From NCBI GenBank assembly GCA_017958305.1, contig JAGDCW010000144.1:1-45008 (forward strand): 45,008 nt of DNA, given 5' to 3'. Source of the stretch: Bacteroidales bacterium (GTDB lineage Bacteria > Bacteroidota > Bacteroidia > Bacteroidales > UBA1402). How positions within the stretch are numbered: the first letter of the stretch is position 1; each line of letters starts with the position of its first letter. Shown piece by piece: positions 19,147-28,672 of this stretch. The translations under genes were made by a program, and so were the position numbers. The notes below the pieces were generated by a model that did not search any database, had not been told where the DNA came from, and was given only the letters and a program-made list of their open reading frames with translations.

Positions 19147-20880
19147 ATGAAATCATTGAGATATTTATTCATCGCCCTTCCTTTGCTGGCCTTTTCGCTC
19201 GTTTCGTGCGAAAAGATGCTGTCGGTGTCTTCGAACGGTTTCCTTTATGCCGAGGACAACACCTTGGACAGCCCTAACGACTCCCTGTATTCTGTGGCTG
19301 GTATCCTGGCCAAGATGCAGCTTTTGGGCGACCGCTATGTCATGCTGGGTGAGCTTCGTGCCGATATGATGGATGTAACCCACAACGCCACCGAACCCTT
19401 CCGGGAACTCTCATCCCTGCATATTTCGGCCGACAACCCCTTTGTCGAGGTGAACGACTACTACGTGGTGATCAACCACTGCAATTACGTGATCCAGCAC
19501 ATGGATACTTCCATCATGGTGGCCGGTGAACGCTACATGAAGCGTGAGTATGCCGTTGCCAAGGCTATCCGGGCCTGGACTTACCTGCAGTTGGCGCTCA
19601 ATTACGGCAAGGCCTTCTATTTTGAGGAGCCGATCCTGACCGTGGCGCAGACCCAGCAGGTTTCCAAGGATGCCTCCTTGATGAAAACCAAGGATGAAAT
19701 AATCGATTTGCTGATCGATGAACTGCTTCCTATTGAAAACGTGAATTATCCCGCCTACGGATCCATTTCAAAATACAGCAGCGGTTCGCTTTTCCTGTCT
19801 GTCCACTACCTGTTGGGCGAACTCTATCTATGGCGTAACGAGTATGCCAAGGCGGCAGCCCAGTACTATGCCTACATCAACGATGAGAGTAAGAAGGTGG
19901 ACGTCAACAACCGTTGTACACAGCATCTGTTGACAGAGAGCAACACTCGAACCAGAGGTACAAACATCTACCAGACGGAAACGGCTGTCGTCACTGCAAA
20001 GTGGCTCAGATTGTTTGATCTTGGCTCGGCGAATGAGGCATCAGCAGTGATAGCTTATTACTACACGATTGCTTTTGGTGAGTTTACGAATTGCAATCTG
20101 GTGAACTACACCAAGAACAAATTCTATGTGGCACCTTCCCAGCGGGCTCTCGATTTGTATCTCAACAAAACATACGATGCCTTCACGAGCGATGAGTCTG
20201 TCTCCACCACCGGCGATTTGAGGGGCTATCCTTGTATGATCCGCAAATTGACATCCAATGCGGAATTCATCGATCCCTGGGATTTCGACGAGGATGAATC
20301 CAAGATGGCCCAGGTGCCCTATATCGACCTCTACAAAGAGGAACTGGGCACTTATTACATCGATTTCTACGGTAGGGAAGAGCAGGATTATGTCATCCTG
20401 CAGCGTGCCACTTTGGGCTATCTCCGCTATGCCGAGGCTGTCAACCGCATGGGCAAGCCGACGCTGGCTTTGGCCGTGGTGAATCGTGGATTGAAATCTT
20501 CCACTATTTCAGACAGCCTTTATATCAACCAGAACGAAGTCGATTCGACGTTGAGGGCCCAGTGGAGCCTGGCCAAGTTTGATGACAACTGCGGTACGGT
20601 GACCCGTGGACAGGGTGCCACCCAGAGAGTCCTCTTCGGGACCGATCTGGCCACTTTGCAGGATTCCATCGAATTTGTCGAGGAAGTACTGATCGAGGAA
20701 ATGGGGCTGGAATCCGCTTTCCAGGGCAACCGTTTCCACGATTTGCAGCGCATGACCCACCATCGTCCTGAAGCCAATTACATCGGTGAGGCTTTGTCGG
20801 CCAAGTTCCCGTCGCGTCGCAGCGAGTTCATGGCCAAGGGTGAGGGCGACTGGTATCTGCCTTATCCCGGCGAAGAATAG
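19147..20880 (+). CDS. SusD/RagB family lipoprotein (copy 2, divergent)
   Basis: Lipobox LVS-C, LGELRAD, AKAIRAWTYLQLALNYG, YLRYAEAVNR, EMGLESAFQGNRFHDLQR, WYLP. Confidence 0.9.
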   Translation: MKSLRYLFIALPLLAFSLVSCEKMLSVSSNGFLYAEDNTLDSPNDSLYSVAGILAKMQLLGDRYVMLGELRADMMDVTHNATEPFRELSSLHISADNPFVEVNDYYVVINHCNYVIQHMDTSIMVAGERYMKREYAVAKAIRAWTYLQLALNYGKAFYFEEPILTVAQTQQVSKDASLMKTKDEIIDLLIDELLPIENVNYPAYGSISKYSSGSLFLSVHYLLGELYLWRNEYAKAAAQYYAYINDESKKVDVNNRCTQHLLTESNTRTRGTNIYQTETAVVTAKWLRLFDLGSANEASAVIAYYYTIAFGEFTNCNLVNYTKNKFYVAPSQRALDLYLNKTYDAFTSDESVSTTGDLRGYPCMIRKLTSNAEFIDPWDFDEDESKMAQVPYIDLYKEELGTYYIDFYGREEQDYVILQRATLGYLRYAEAVNRMGKPTLALAVVNRGLKSSTISDSLYINQNEVDSTLRAQWSLAKFDDNCGTVTRGQGATQRVLFGTDLATLQDSIEFVEEVLIEEMGLESAFQGNRFHDLQRMTHHRPEANYIGEALSAKFPSRRSEFMAKGEGDWYLPYPGEE

Positions 20881-20893
20881 CCGCTGAGCGTCC

Positions 20894-20932
20894 GGCGCCC
20901 CTTCGCGGATAGACTGTCCGGTGGGGCGTTTT
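20894..20932 (+). terminator. GC-rich hairpin with short U tract after susD2
   Basis: GGCGCCCC/GGGGCGTT outer stem, CGGATA/TGTCCG inner stem, followed by TTTT. Confidence 0.5.
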
Positions 20933-20956
20933 GGCATATCATCATACTGATTATCA

Positions 20957-21002
20957 GAGGATTTCGGAAGGATAAATATTCTTTCCGAAATCCTTTTTTT
21001 TT
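20957..21002 (+). terminator. Strong intrinsic terminator closing the SusCD cassette
   Basis: AGGATTTCGGAAGGA (20958-20972) pairs with TCTTTCCGAAATCCT (20980-20994) with one G-U; the T run continues to 21002. Confidence 0.85.
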
Positions 21003-21016
21003 GGTGGGGAATGATG

Positions 21017-21024
21017 TACTTTTG
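21017..21024 (+). promoter_or_regulatory. -7 box TACTTTTG, candidate V-ATPase operon promoter
   Basis: Exact TAnnTTTG, 38 nt before the first ATG. The -33 position falls in the terminator T run (TTTT rather than TTTG). Confidence 0.55.
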
Positions 21025-21062
21025 TACTCCCGCCGCAATGAACAAACATAAATATAATTGAT

Positions 21063-21650
21063 ATGAACACTATTCAAGACTTGACCGACCAACTGTATCG
21101 TGAGGGTGTCGAAAAAGGCAACCAGGAGGCCGAAAAAATCATTGCCTCGGCCCGCGAAAAAGAGGCTGCCATCCTTTCAGAAGCCCGTCAGCAGGCTGAC
21201 GATATCCTCTCAGCTGCCAAAAAACAAGCCGAGGAGCTTGACAAGAACACCAAGGCCGAACTCAGACTCTTTGCCGGTCAGTCGCTCGAAGCCCTGAAAT
21301 CGGAAGTGGTCAACCTGCTCAACGACAAGGTCGTTTCCGACAGCGTCAAAGAAGCCACCGCTTCGAAGGATTTCATGCCCAACCTGTTGCTGACTTTTGT
21401 CAAGAACTGGGCCGCCCAGGGCGATCTCGTCATCGAAACGGCCGATGCCAAGGCCCTGACGGCTTTCTTCCAGGCCAAGGCTGCCGACGTCCTGAAGCAA
21501 GGACTCGAAATCAAGCAGGTGAACGGCCTCGATACCGATTTTGTGCTGGCACCCGCCGACGGCTCTTACAAGATCCAGTTGGGCAAGCAGGACTTTGTCG
21601 AGTATTTCAAGGAATTCCTGCGTCCGAAACTCGTGGAAATGTTGTTCTGA
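21063..21650 (+). CDS. ntpE: V/A-type ATPase subunit E
   Basis: IQDLTDQLYREGVEKGNQEAEKII coiled coil and C-terminal YFKEFLRPKLVEMLF; first gene of the operon. Confidence 0.85.
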   Translation: MNTIQDLTDQLYREGVEKGNQEAEKIIASAREKEAAILSEARQQADDILSAAKKQAEELDKNTKAELRLFAGQSLEALKSEVVNLLNDKVVSDSVKEATASKDFMPNLLLTFVKNWAAQGDLVIETADAKALTAFFQAKAADVLKQGLEIKQVNGLDTDFVLAPADGSYKIQLGKQDFVEYFKEFLRPKLVEMLF

Positions 21651-21665
21651 TTTTCCCGGCCAGCC

Positions 21666-22496
21666 ATGAGTCAATATTACTATCTGGTATCGGGATTGCC
21701 GGATATCAGCCCTGATGACGCCAAACTCAGCCTGGGCTACACGGACTATCTCGACGAACTGATGCAGAGCCTTTCCCGCCATGATGCGCATCTGCTCTCG
21801 TATTTCCGTATGGACTACGAGAACCGCAACCTGCTCGCATGGCTCAAGGACAAGGAAGCCCCCCTGCATCCGCTGGGACTGCTTACGGCCGAGGTTTTCC
21901 AGGAGCAATTGCAGCTGATCGATTTCGAGGAGCGTGGTCCGCTGCCCGGGGTGCCGCCGTATTTTCTGACATTCCTGCGTGAGCGGGCCGAGGGTCTGGT
22001 GGCGGAAGGGCAGGAGGAGAACCGGCTGACAGCGCTTTTCCATGAACATGTGAGCCATTGCTCCAATGCCTTTGTGCGTGAGTGGTTCGCCTTCTCCCAG
22101 AACCTCAACAACCTGCTGCTTGCGCTGTCGTGCCGCAAATACGGCTGGGATGTCGAATCCCAGCTGGTGGGCGACTCGGAGATTGTACAGCAGTTGCGCA
22201 CTTCCACGGCCCGGGATTTCGGCCTGAGCCAGCTTTTCCCCCAGACCGAGGCCGTACTGCGTCTCGCCGAGGAGGAAGACCTGCTCGAAAGGGAAAAGAA
22301 GACAGACCGCATCAAGTGGGATTTCCTGGACGAACTCAGTTCGACCTGCTATTTCTCGGTCGAGGTGTTGCTGGTCTATCTCATCAAACTGCAGAGCCTC
22401 GAGCGCTGGATCGAACTCGATCCCCGCAGCGGCGAGGAAAAGTTCCGCGCCCTGATCGCTTCGATGAAAACCTCTGTTCAAACACAAGACAAATAA
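21666..22496 (+). CDS. DUF2764-type protein, probable V-ATPase subunit C equivalent
   Basis: YYYLVSGLPDI N-terminus and LLEREKKTDRIKWDFL...ERWIELD; located between subunits E and A. Confidence 0.75.
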   Translation: MSQYYYLVSGLPDISPDDAKLSLGYTDYLDELMQSLSRHDAHLLSYFRMDYENRNLLAWLKDKEAPLHPLGLLTAEVFQEQLQLIDFEERGPLPGVPPYFLTFLRERAEGLVAEGQEENRLTALFHEHVSHCSNAFVREWFAFSQNLNNLLLALSCRKYGWDVESQLVGDSEIVQQLRTSTARDFGLSQLFPQTEAVLRLAEEEDLLEREKKTDRIKWDFLDELSSTCYFSVEVLLVYLIKLQSLERWIELDPRSGEEKFRALIASMKTSVQTQDK

Positions 22497-22513
22497 TTTA
22501 AATCACACGCATA

Positions 22514-24271
22514 ATGTCAACAAAAGGAACTGTAAAAGGAATCATTTCCAACCTGGTCATTGTCACCGTCGACGGTCCGGTCAGCCAGAACGAGATCTGC
22601 TACATCATCACAGGGCAGACCCGTCTGATGGCCGAAGTGATCAAGGTGATCGGCGCCGATGCCTACGTTCAGGTATTTGAAAGCACACGTGGCCTGAAGG
22701 TGGGCAGCGAGGCCGAGTTTTCCGGCCACATGCTCGAAGTCGCCCTGGGCCCCGGTTTGCTGTCGCGCAACCTGGACGGCTTGGAAAACGACCTGGACAA
22801 AATGGAGGGCGTTTTCTTGCGCCGTGGTGAATACACTTCGCCGCTGGACGAAGAGAAACTGTGGCAATTCAAGGCTTTGGCCAAGGTGGGCGACACGGTT
22901 GCCGCAGCCGACTGGCTGGGCCAGGTGGACGAAAACTTCCAGCCTCATAAAATCATGGTGCCTTTCGTCTTCCAGGGCAGTTATACGGTGAAGAGCATCG
23001 TGCCCGACGGCGAGTACCGCATCAACGACACCATCGCCGTCCTGACCGATGCTTCGGGCAAGGATGTCAATGTGACCATGGTGCAGCGTTGGCCGGTCAA
23101 ACGCGCCATTACGGCATACAAGGAGAAACCCCGTCCTTTCCGCCTGTTGGAAACGGGTGTCCGCATCATCGACATCGCCAACCCGATTGTCGAGGGCGGT
23201 ACGGGCTTCATCCCCGGTCCTTTCGGCACAGGCAAGACGGTGCTGCAGCACGCCATTTCCAAACAGGCCGAGGCCGATATCGTCATCATGGCCGCCTGCG
23301 GTGAACGCGCCAACGAAGTGGTGGAGATCTTTACCGAGTTCCCCGAACTGGAAGATCCGCACACCGGCCGCAAGCTGATGGAACGTACCATCATCGTGGC
23401 CAACACCTCCAACATGCCGGTGGCTGCCCGTGAAGCATCGGTCTATACGGCTATGACCATCGCCGAGTATTATCGCTCGATGGGTCTCAGGGTGCTGCTG
23501 ATGGCCGACTCCACCTCGCGTTGGGCACAGGCCCTGCGTGAAATGTCCAACCGCTTGGAGGAACTGCCCGGCCAGGATGCCTTCCCGATGGACCTTTCGG
23601 CCATTATCTCCGCCTTCTACGGCCGTGCCGGCTATGTCTATCTGAACAACGGCCAGACAGGTTCCATCACCTTTATCGGTACGGTGTCGCCGGCCGGCGG
23701 TAACCTCAAGGAACCGGTCACCGAGGGCACCAAGAAAGCTGCCCGCTGCTTCTACGCCCTGGAGCAGGCCTGTGCCGACCGCAAGCGCTATCCGGCCGTC
23801 AATCCGATCGATTCCTATTCCAAATACATCGAATATCCCGAGTTCGAAGAATATATCTCGAAGCTCATCTCCCCCGACTGGATTCCGATGGTCAACGAAA
23901 TGAAGACCCTCATGCAGCGGGGCAAGGAAGTGCAGGAGCAGATCAACATCCTGGGCGACGACGGTGTGCCCCTCGACTATCACCTCACCTTCTGGAAATC
24001 GGAAGTGGTGGACTTCGTCATCTTGCAGCAGGATGCCTTCGACAAAGTGGACAGCGTATGTCCCATCGAACGCCAGCAGTATATGCTCAAGCTGGTGACT
24101 GGCATTACCCGCATGCAGTTCAAGTTCGACAACTTCACCGAAGTGATGGACTATTTCAAGCGTATGATCAACACCTTGCGCCAGATGAACTACAGCGAGT
24201 TCCAAAGCGATGATTTCAAGCGCTTCGAGCAGGAACTGGAACAGATTATCAGCGAACGTGCAATCCGATAA
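22514..24271 (+). CDS. ntpA: V/A-type ATPase catalytic subunit A
   Basis: Walker A GPFGTGKT, ACGERANE, NTSNMPVAAREAS, MADSTSRWAQALRE, VSPAGG. Confidence 0.97.
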   Translation: MSTKGTVKGIISNLVIVTVDGPVSQNEICYIITGQTRLMAEVIKVIGADAYVQVFESTRGLKVGSEAEFSGHMLEVALGPGLLSRNLDGLENDLDKMEGVFLRRGEYTSPLDEEKLWQFKALAKVGDTVAAADWLGQVDENFQPHKIMVPFVFQGSYTVKSIVPDGEYRINDTIAVLTDASGKDVNVTMVQRWPVKRAITAYKEKPRPFRLLETGVRIIDIANPIVEGGTGFIPGPFGTGKTVLQHAISKQAEADIVIMAACGERANEVVEIFTEFPELEDPHTGRKLMERTIIVANTSNMPVAAREASVYTAMTIAEYYRSMGLRVLLMADSTSRWAQALREMSNRLEELPGQDAFPMDLSAIISAFYGRAGYVYLNNGQTGSITFIGTVSPAGGNLKEPVTEGTKKAARCFYALEQACADRKRYPAVNPIDSYSKYIEYPEFEEYISKLISPDWIPMVNEMKTLMQRGKEVQEQINILGDDGVPLDYHLTFWKSEVVDFVILQQDAFDKVDSVCPIERQQYMLKLVTGITRMQFKFDNFTEVMDYFKRMINTLRQMNYSEFQSDDFKRFEQELEQIISERAIR

Positions 24272-24282
24272 AACCGACACCC

Positions 24283-25605
24283 ATGGCAACAAAAGCATTT
24301 CAAAAGATTTATACCAAGATTACCCAGATTACGAAGGCTACCTGTACGCTGAAAGCCACCAATGTGGGTTATGACGAACTGGCCACTGTCGATGGCAAGC
24401 TGGCCCAGGTGGTGAAGATCATGGGCGAGGATGTCACCTTGCAGGTGTTTGGCGGCACGGAAGGTCTGCGGACCAATGCCGAAGTGGTGTTCCTGGGCAA
24501 GGCTCCGACGCTGCGCGTCGGCGAGCAATTGTCGGGCCGTTTCTTCAATGCCTTCGGTGAACCCATCGACGGCGGCCCCGTGCCCGAGGGCAGGGAAGTG
24601 GAGATCGGCGGTCCTTCGGTCAACCCGGTACGTCGTATGCAGCCCTCCGAGCTGATTGCCACCGGTATCGCCGGTATCGACTTGAACAACACCCTTGTTT
24701 CCGGTCAGAAGATTCCTTTCTTCGCCGACCCCGACCAGCCCTACAACCAGGTGATGGCCAACGTGGCTCTGCGGGCCCAGACCGACAAGATCATCCTGGG
24801 CGGCATGGGTCTGACCAACGACGACTACCTGTATTTCAAGAATGTGTTCAGCAATGCCGGTGTGCTCGACCACATCGTCAGCTTTGTCAACACCACCGAG
24901 AACCCGCCTGTCGAGCGTCTGCTGATTCCCGACATGGCCCTGACGGCGGCCGAATACTTTGCTGTCGAGAAGCACGAGAAGGTGCTGGTGCTGCTCACCG
25001 ACATGACGCTCTATGCCGACGCCCTGTCGATTGTGTCCAACCGTATGGACCAGATTCCTTCGAAAGACTCCATGCCCGGTTCGCTCTATTCCTACCTGGC
25101 CAAGATCTACGAGAAGGCCGTGCAGTTCCCCGACGGCGGTTCCATCACCATCATCGCCGTCACCACCTTGTCGGGCGGCGATATCACCCATGCCATCCCC
25201 GACAACACGGGCTATATCACCGAAGGCCAGTTGTATCTGCGCCGTGACAGCGACGTGGGCAAGGTCATCGTCGATCCTTTCCGTTCGCTGTCCCGTCTGA
25301 AACAACTGGTGGCCGGCAAGAAGACCCGCGAGGACCATCCGCAGGTGATGAACGCAGCGGTGCGTCTGTATTCGGATGCTGCCAATGCCAAGACCAAACT
25401 GGAGAACGGTTTCGACCTGAGCGACTACGACGAGCGTGCCCTGGCCTTCGCCAAGGAGTACTCCAAGGAAATCCTGGCCGTCGATGTCAATCTGGACACC
25501 ACCGAGATGCTGGATATGACTTGGAAGATCATGGCCAAGAATTTCCGTGTCGAGGAATTGAACATCAAACAGCAGTTGGTTGACAAATATTTCCCGAAAA
25601 ACTGA
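24283..25605 (+). CDS. ntpB: V/A-type ATPase subunit B
   Basis: TGIAGID, GQKIPFF, VLLTDMTLYADAL, DITHAIPDNTGYITEGQ, SLSRLK. Confidence 0.96.
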   Translation: MATKAFQKIYTKITQITKATCTLKATNVGYDELATVDGKLAQVVKIMGEDVTLQVFGGTEGLRTNAEVVFLGKAPTLRVGEQLSGRFFNAFGEPIDGGPVPEGREVEIGGPSVNPVRRMQPSELIATGIAGIDLNNTLVSGQKIPFFADPDQPYNQVMANVALRAQTDKIILGGMGLTNDDYLYFKNVFSNAGVLDHIVSFVNTTENPPVERLLIPDMALTAAEYFAVEKHEKVLVLLTDMTLYADALSIVSNRMDQIPSKDSMPGSLYSYLAKIYEKAVQFPDGGSITIIAVTTLSGGDITHAIPDNTGYITEGQLYLRRDSDVGKVIVDPFRSLSRLKQLVAGKKTREDHPQVMNAAVRLYSDAANAKTKLENGFDLSDYDERALAFAKEYSKEILAVDVNLDTTEMLDMTWKIMAKNFRVEELNIKQQLVDKYFPKN

Positions 25606-26216
25606 TGGCAATATCGTTTCAATATAACAAAACCTCGTTGCAGGGGCTGGAAAAACAGCTCAAGATGCGGGAGCGTTCCTTGCCTACCATCAAGAACAAG
25701 GAGAGTGCCCTGCGTCTGGAGGTGAAGCGGGCCAAAGACGAAGAAAAAGCCCTGGCCCAAGCCCTGGAAGACAATATCGCCCGCTACGAGGGTATGCACG
25801 CGCTCTGGAACGAGTTTGACGGCTCACTGGTCTGCGTCAAGGATGTGGTGCTCTCCACCCGCAAGGTGGCCGGTACCCGCGTCCCGCAACTCGACGAGGT
25901 GCTGTTCAGCCTGCAGCCATACAACATGTTCAATGCGCCCAAGTGGTATGCCGACGGCATCGGCCTGTTGCAGCAGCTGGCCCGTATCGGCATCGAGCAT
26001 GATTTCTGCCTGCGTAAACTCGAACTGCTGGAGTATGCCCGCAAGAAGATCACCCAGAAGGTGAACCTCTTCGAAAAGGTGCAGATTCCCGGTTACCAGG
26101 ATGCCATAAGGAAAATCAAGCGCTATATGGAAGACGAGGAAAACCTGGCCAAATCGTCCCAGAAGATCGTCAAGAACCGTCAGAGCGCCCAAAAAGCAGA
26201 GGAGGGCAGCCTATGA
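25605..26216 (+). CDS. ntpD: V/A-type ATPase subunit D
   Basis: TGATG overlap with B; LPTIKNKESALR and RKKITQKVNLFEKVQIP. Confidence 0.93.
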   Translation: MAISFQYNKTSLQGLEKQLKMRERSLPTIKNKESALRLEVKRAKDEEKALAQALEDNIARYEGMHALWNEFDGSLVCVKDVVLSTRKVAGTRVPQLDEVLFSLQPYNMFNAPKWYADGIGLLQQLARIGIEHDFCLRKLELLEYARKKITQKVNLFEKVQIPGYQDAIRKIKRYMEDEENLAKSSQKIVKNRQSAQKAEEGSL

Positions 26217-28084
26217 TCGTTCCCATGAAGAAATATACCTTCCTGGTATATCATCGCCAATATACCTCTTTCCTGCAACAGTTGCGTGAGACAGGGGTGC
26301 TCCATGTCAAGGAACGCAAAGAGGTGGATCTCTCCGACAACGCAGAGTTGCGGCAGCGTCTCGAAGAAGGTCGCCGGCTGACAGTTGTGATCAGGCAGTT
26401 GCACGACCTGGCGCCCGCCGATGCCGTGTTTGCCCCGGTGGACAGCTCTTTGGACGGTATGTCCGCCCTGAAGCATATAGAGGATCTTATTCAGCAGCGG
26501 CAGGACCTCCAACTCAAGCAGCAGAGCTTGCAGAAGGAAATAGACGGCATGCAGCCCTGGGGCCATTTCGACTGGCAGCGGATCGGACAATTGCAGCAGG
26601 CCGGTTGCCGGGTGGATTTCTTCACCTGCAACAAGAGTGCCTTCAAACCGCAGTGGGAGGAAAAATACCGTGCGGTGATTGTCGGAGAAACCAGTGCCGC
26701 TTTTTATTTCGTCACGCTCTCGCTCGACGGACAGCGACCCGAAATCGAAGCCGACCAGGCCCGCCTGTCGGCCTCTTCGCTGAGCGAACTGCAAGACAGA
26801 ATGGCCGCATCGCAGGATGAGTTGAAGGCTTTGGACGCCGAATTGGCCGAATTGTCGATCTCCGAGCTTCGCAGTTTGGAATATGTCGAGCGTCAGGTGA
26901 ACGACAACTACCAGTTTTCCAAGGTACTCTGTGAGACCCAGCATGCCGCCGACGACCGGCTGCGTGTGCTGGAAGGCTTTGTGCCCGAAGACAAGGAAGC
27001 CGATTTGCTGGCCCTGCTGGAACAGTCGCCCGTCTGGTATCAGGCGGAGAAGGCTTCCGTCGAGGCGGCAGAAGTGCCCATCAAACTGAAAAACGGCCGC
27101 TTCGCCCGCTTGTTCGAGCCGCTGACCAAACTCTATTCATTGCCCAATTACGGGGAGTTGGATCCCACGCCGGCCTTTGCGCCCTTCTTCACGCTTTTCT
27201 TCGGCCTTTGCCTGGGCGATGGCGGCTACGGTTTGTTGGTCTTCCTGGCTTCGACCTGGGCCAAGCACAAGCTGCCCCAGCTCAAGAGCTATGCCATCAT
27301 GGGGCAGTGGCTGGGACTTTCGACCATTCTGGTGGGCTTGCTCACGGGCATGGTCTTCGGCGTCTCGCTCGATACGGTGGCCTGGCCCTGGCTGGCCAAT
27401 GTCAAGCACATGTTCGTCACCGACAACAACTACAGTATCATGGGATACAGCCCGATGATGGTCTTTGCCATCTGCATAGGCTTTCTGCAGATCCTGTTTG
27501 CCATGGGCTTCAAGGTGGTGCGTATTTCGACGCAGTTAGGCCTCAAATATGCCTTGAGCGACCTGGGCTGGCTGGTTCTGCTCATCGACTTGCTGCTCTA
27601 TCTGGTACTGACACTGGCCAAGGTGGCTGTTCCTCAGGTGGCAACCTATGTAATCTTCGGTCTGGCGGCTGTTTGCGCTGTGCTGATATTCTTCTTCAAC
27701 AGTCCGGGCAAGAACCCCTTCATCCAGTTCGGATCGGGCTTGTGGGGCACTTACAACATGGTGAGCGGCCTGCTGGGCGATGTGCTGTCGTATATTCGTC
27801 TGTTCGCCCTGGGGCTGGCAGGCGGTATTCTGGGCAGCGTGTTCAACAGCCTGGCTTTCCAGGCCGGTGGCGGACTGCCCATCTGGATAGGCTGGCTGCC
27901 GACTGCCATCATCCTGATTTTCGGCCATGGATTGAACTTCTTCCTGTGTATCATCAGTTCGATAGTCCATCCACTTCGACTCACCTATGTGGAGTTCTTC
28001 AAGAACTGCGGTTACGAGGGTGGAGGCAAGGAATACCAGCCTTTCCGTCGGACGGCGGTCGTCGAGGAGCCTGCAAATAACTGA
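26213..28084 (+). CDS. ntpI: V/A-type ATPase subunit I (a)
   Basis: Soluble coiled-coil N-half, LPNYGELDPT, FFGLCLGDGGYG, essential Arg in DVLSYIRLFALGLA, HPLRLTYVEFF. Confidence 0.95.
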   Translation: MIVPMKKYTFLVYHRQYTSFLQQLRETGVLHVKERKEVDLSDNAELRQRLEEGRRLTVVIRQLHDLAPADAVFAPVDSSLDGMSALKHIEDLIQQRQDLQLKQQSLQKEIDGMQPWGHFDWQRIGQLQQAGCRVDFFTCNKSAFKPQWEEKYRAVIVGETSAAFYFVTLSLDGQRPEIEADQARLSASSLSELQDRMAASQDELKALDAELAELSISELRSLEYVERQVNDNYQFSKVLCETQHAADDRLRVLEGFVPEDKEADLLALLEQSPVWYQAEKASVEAAEVPIKLKNGRFARLFEPLTKLYSLPNYGELDPTPAFAPFFTLFFGLCLGDGGYGLLVFLASTWAKHKLPQLKSYAIMGQWLGLSTILVGLLTGMVFGVSLDTVAWPWLANVKHMFVTDNNYSIMGYSPMMVFAICIGFLQILFAMGFKVVRISTQLGLKYALSDLGWLVLLIDLLLYLVLTLAKVAVPQVATYVIFGLAAVCAVLIFFFNSPGKNPFIQFGSGLWGTYNMVSGLLGDVLSYIRLFALGLAGGILGSVFNSLAFQAGGGLPIWIGWLPTAIILIFGHGLNFFLCIISSIVHPLRLTYVEFFKNCGYEGGGKEYQPFRRTAVVEEPANN

Positions 28085-28091
28085 CAAATGA

Positions 28092-28577
<486 letters not shown>

Positions 28578-28597
28578 TTCTGAACAGAATACCTATC

Positions 28598-28656
28598 AGC
28601 CATCACAGGGCATCCTGCTGCAGCGATTGCTGAGTGGGATGCCTTGTGTCGGCTTT
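28598..28656 (+). terminator. Long G-U-containing hairpin after ntpK (terminator or mRNA-stabilising/processing stem)
   Basis: CACAGGGCATCCTGCT (28604-28619) pairs fully with AGTGGGATGCCTTGTG (28633-28648) using three G-U pairs, capped by CAGC-GATT-GCTG and closed by AGCC/GGCT; only a very short T run follows. Confidence 0.6.
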
Positions 28657-28672
28657 CCATCCCCTTCATTGC

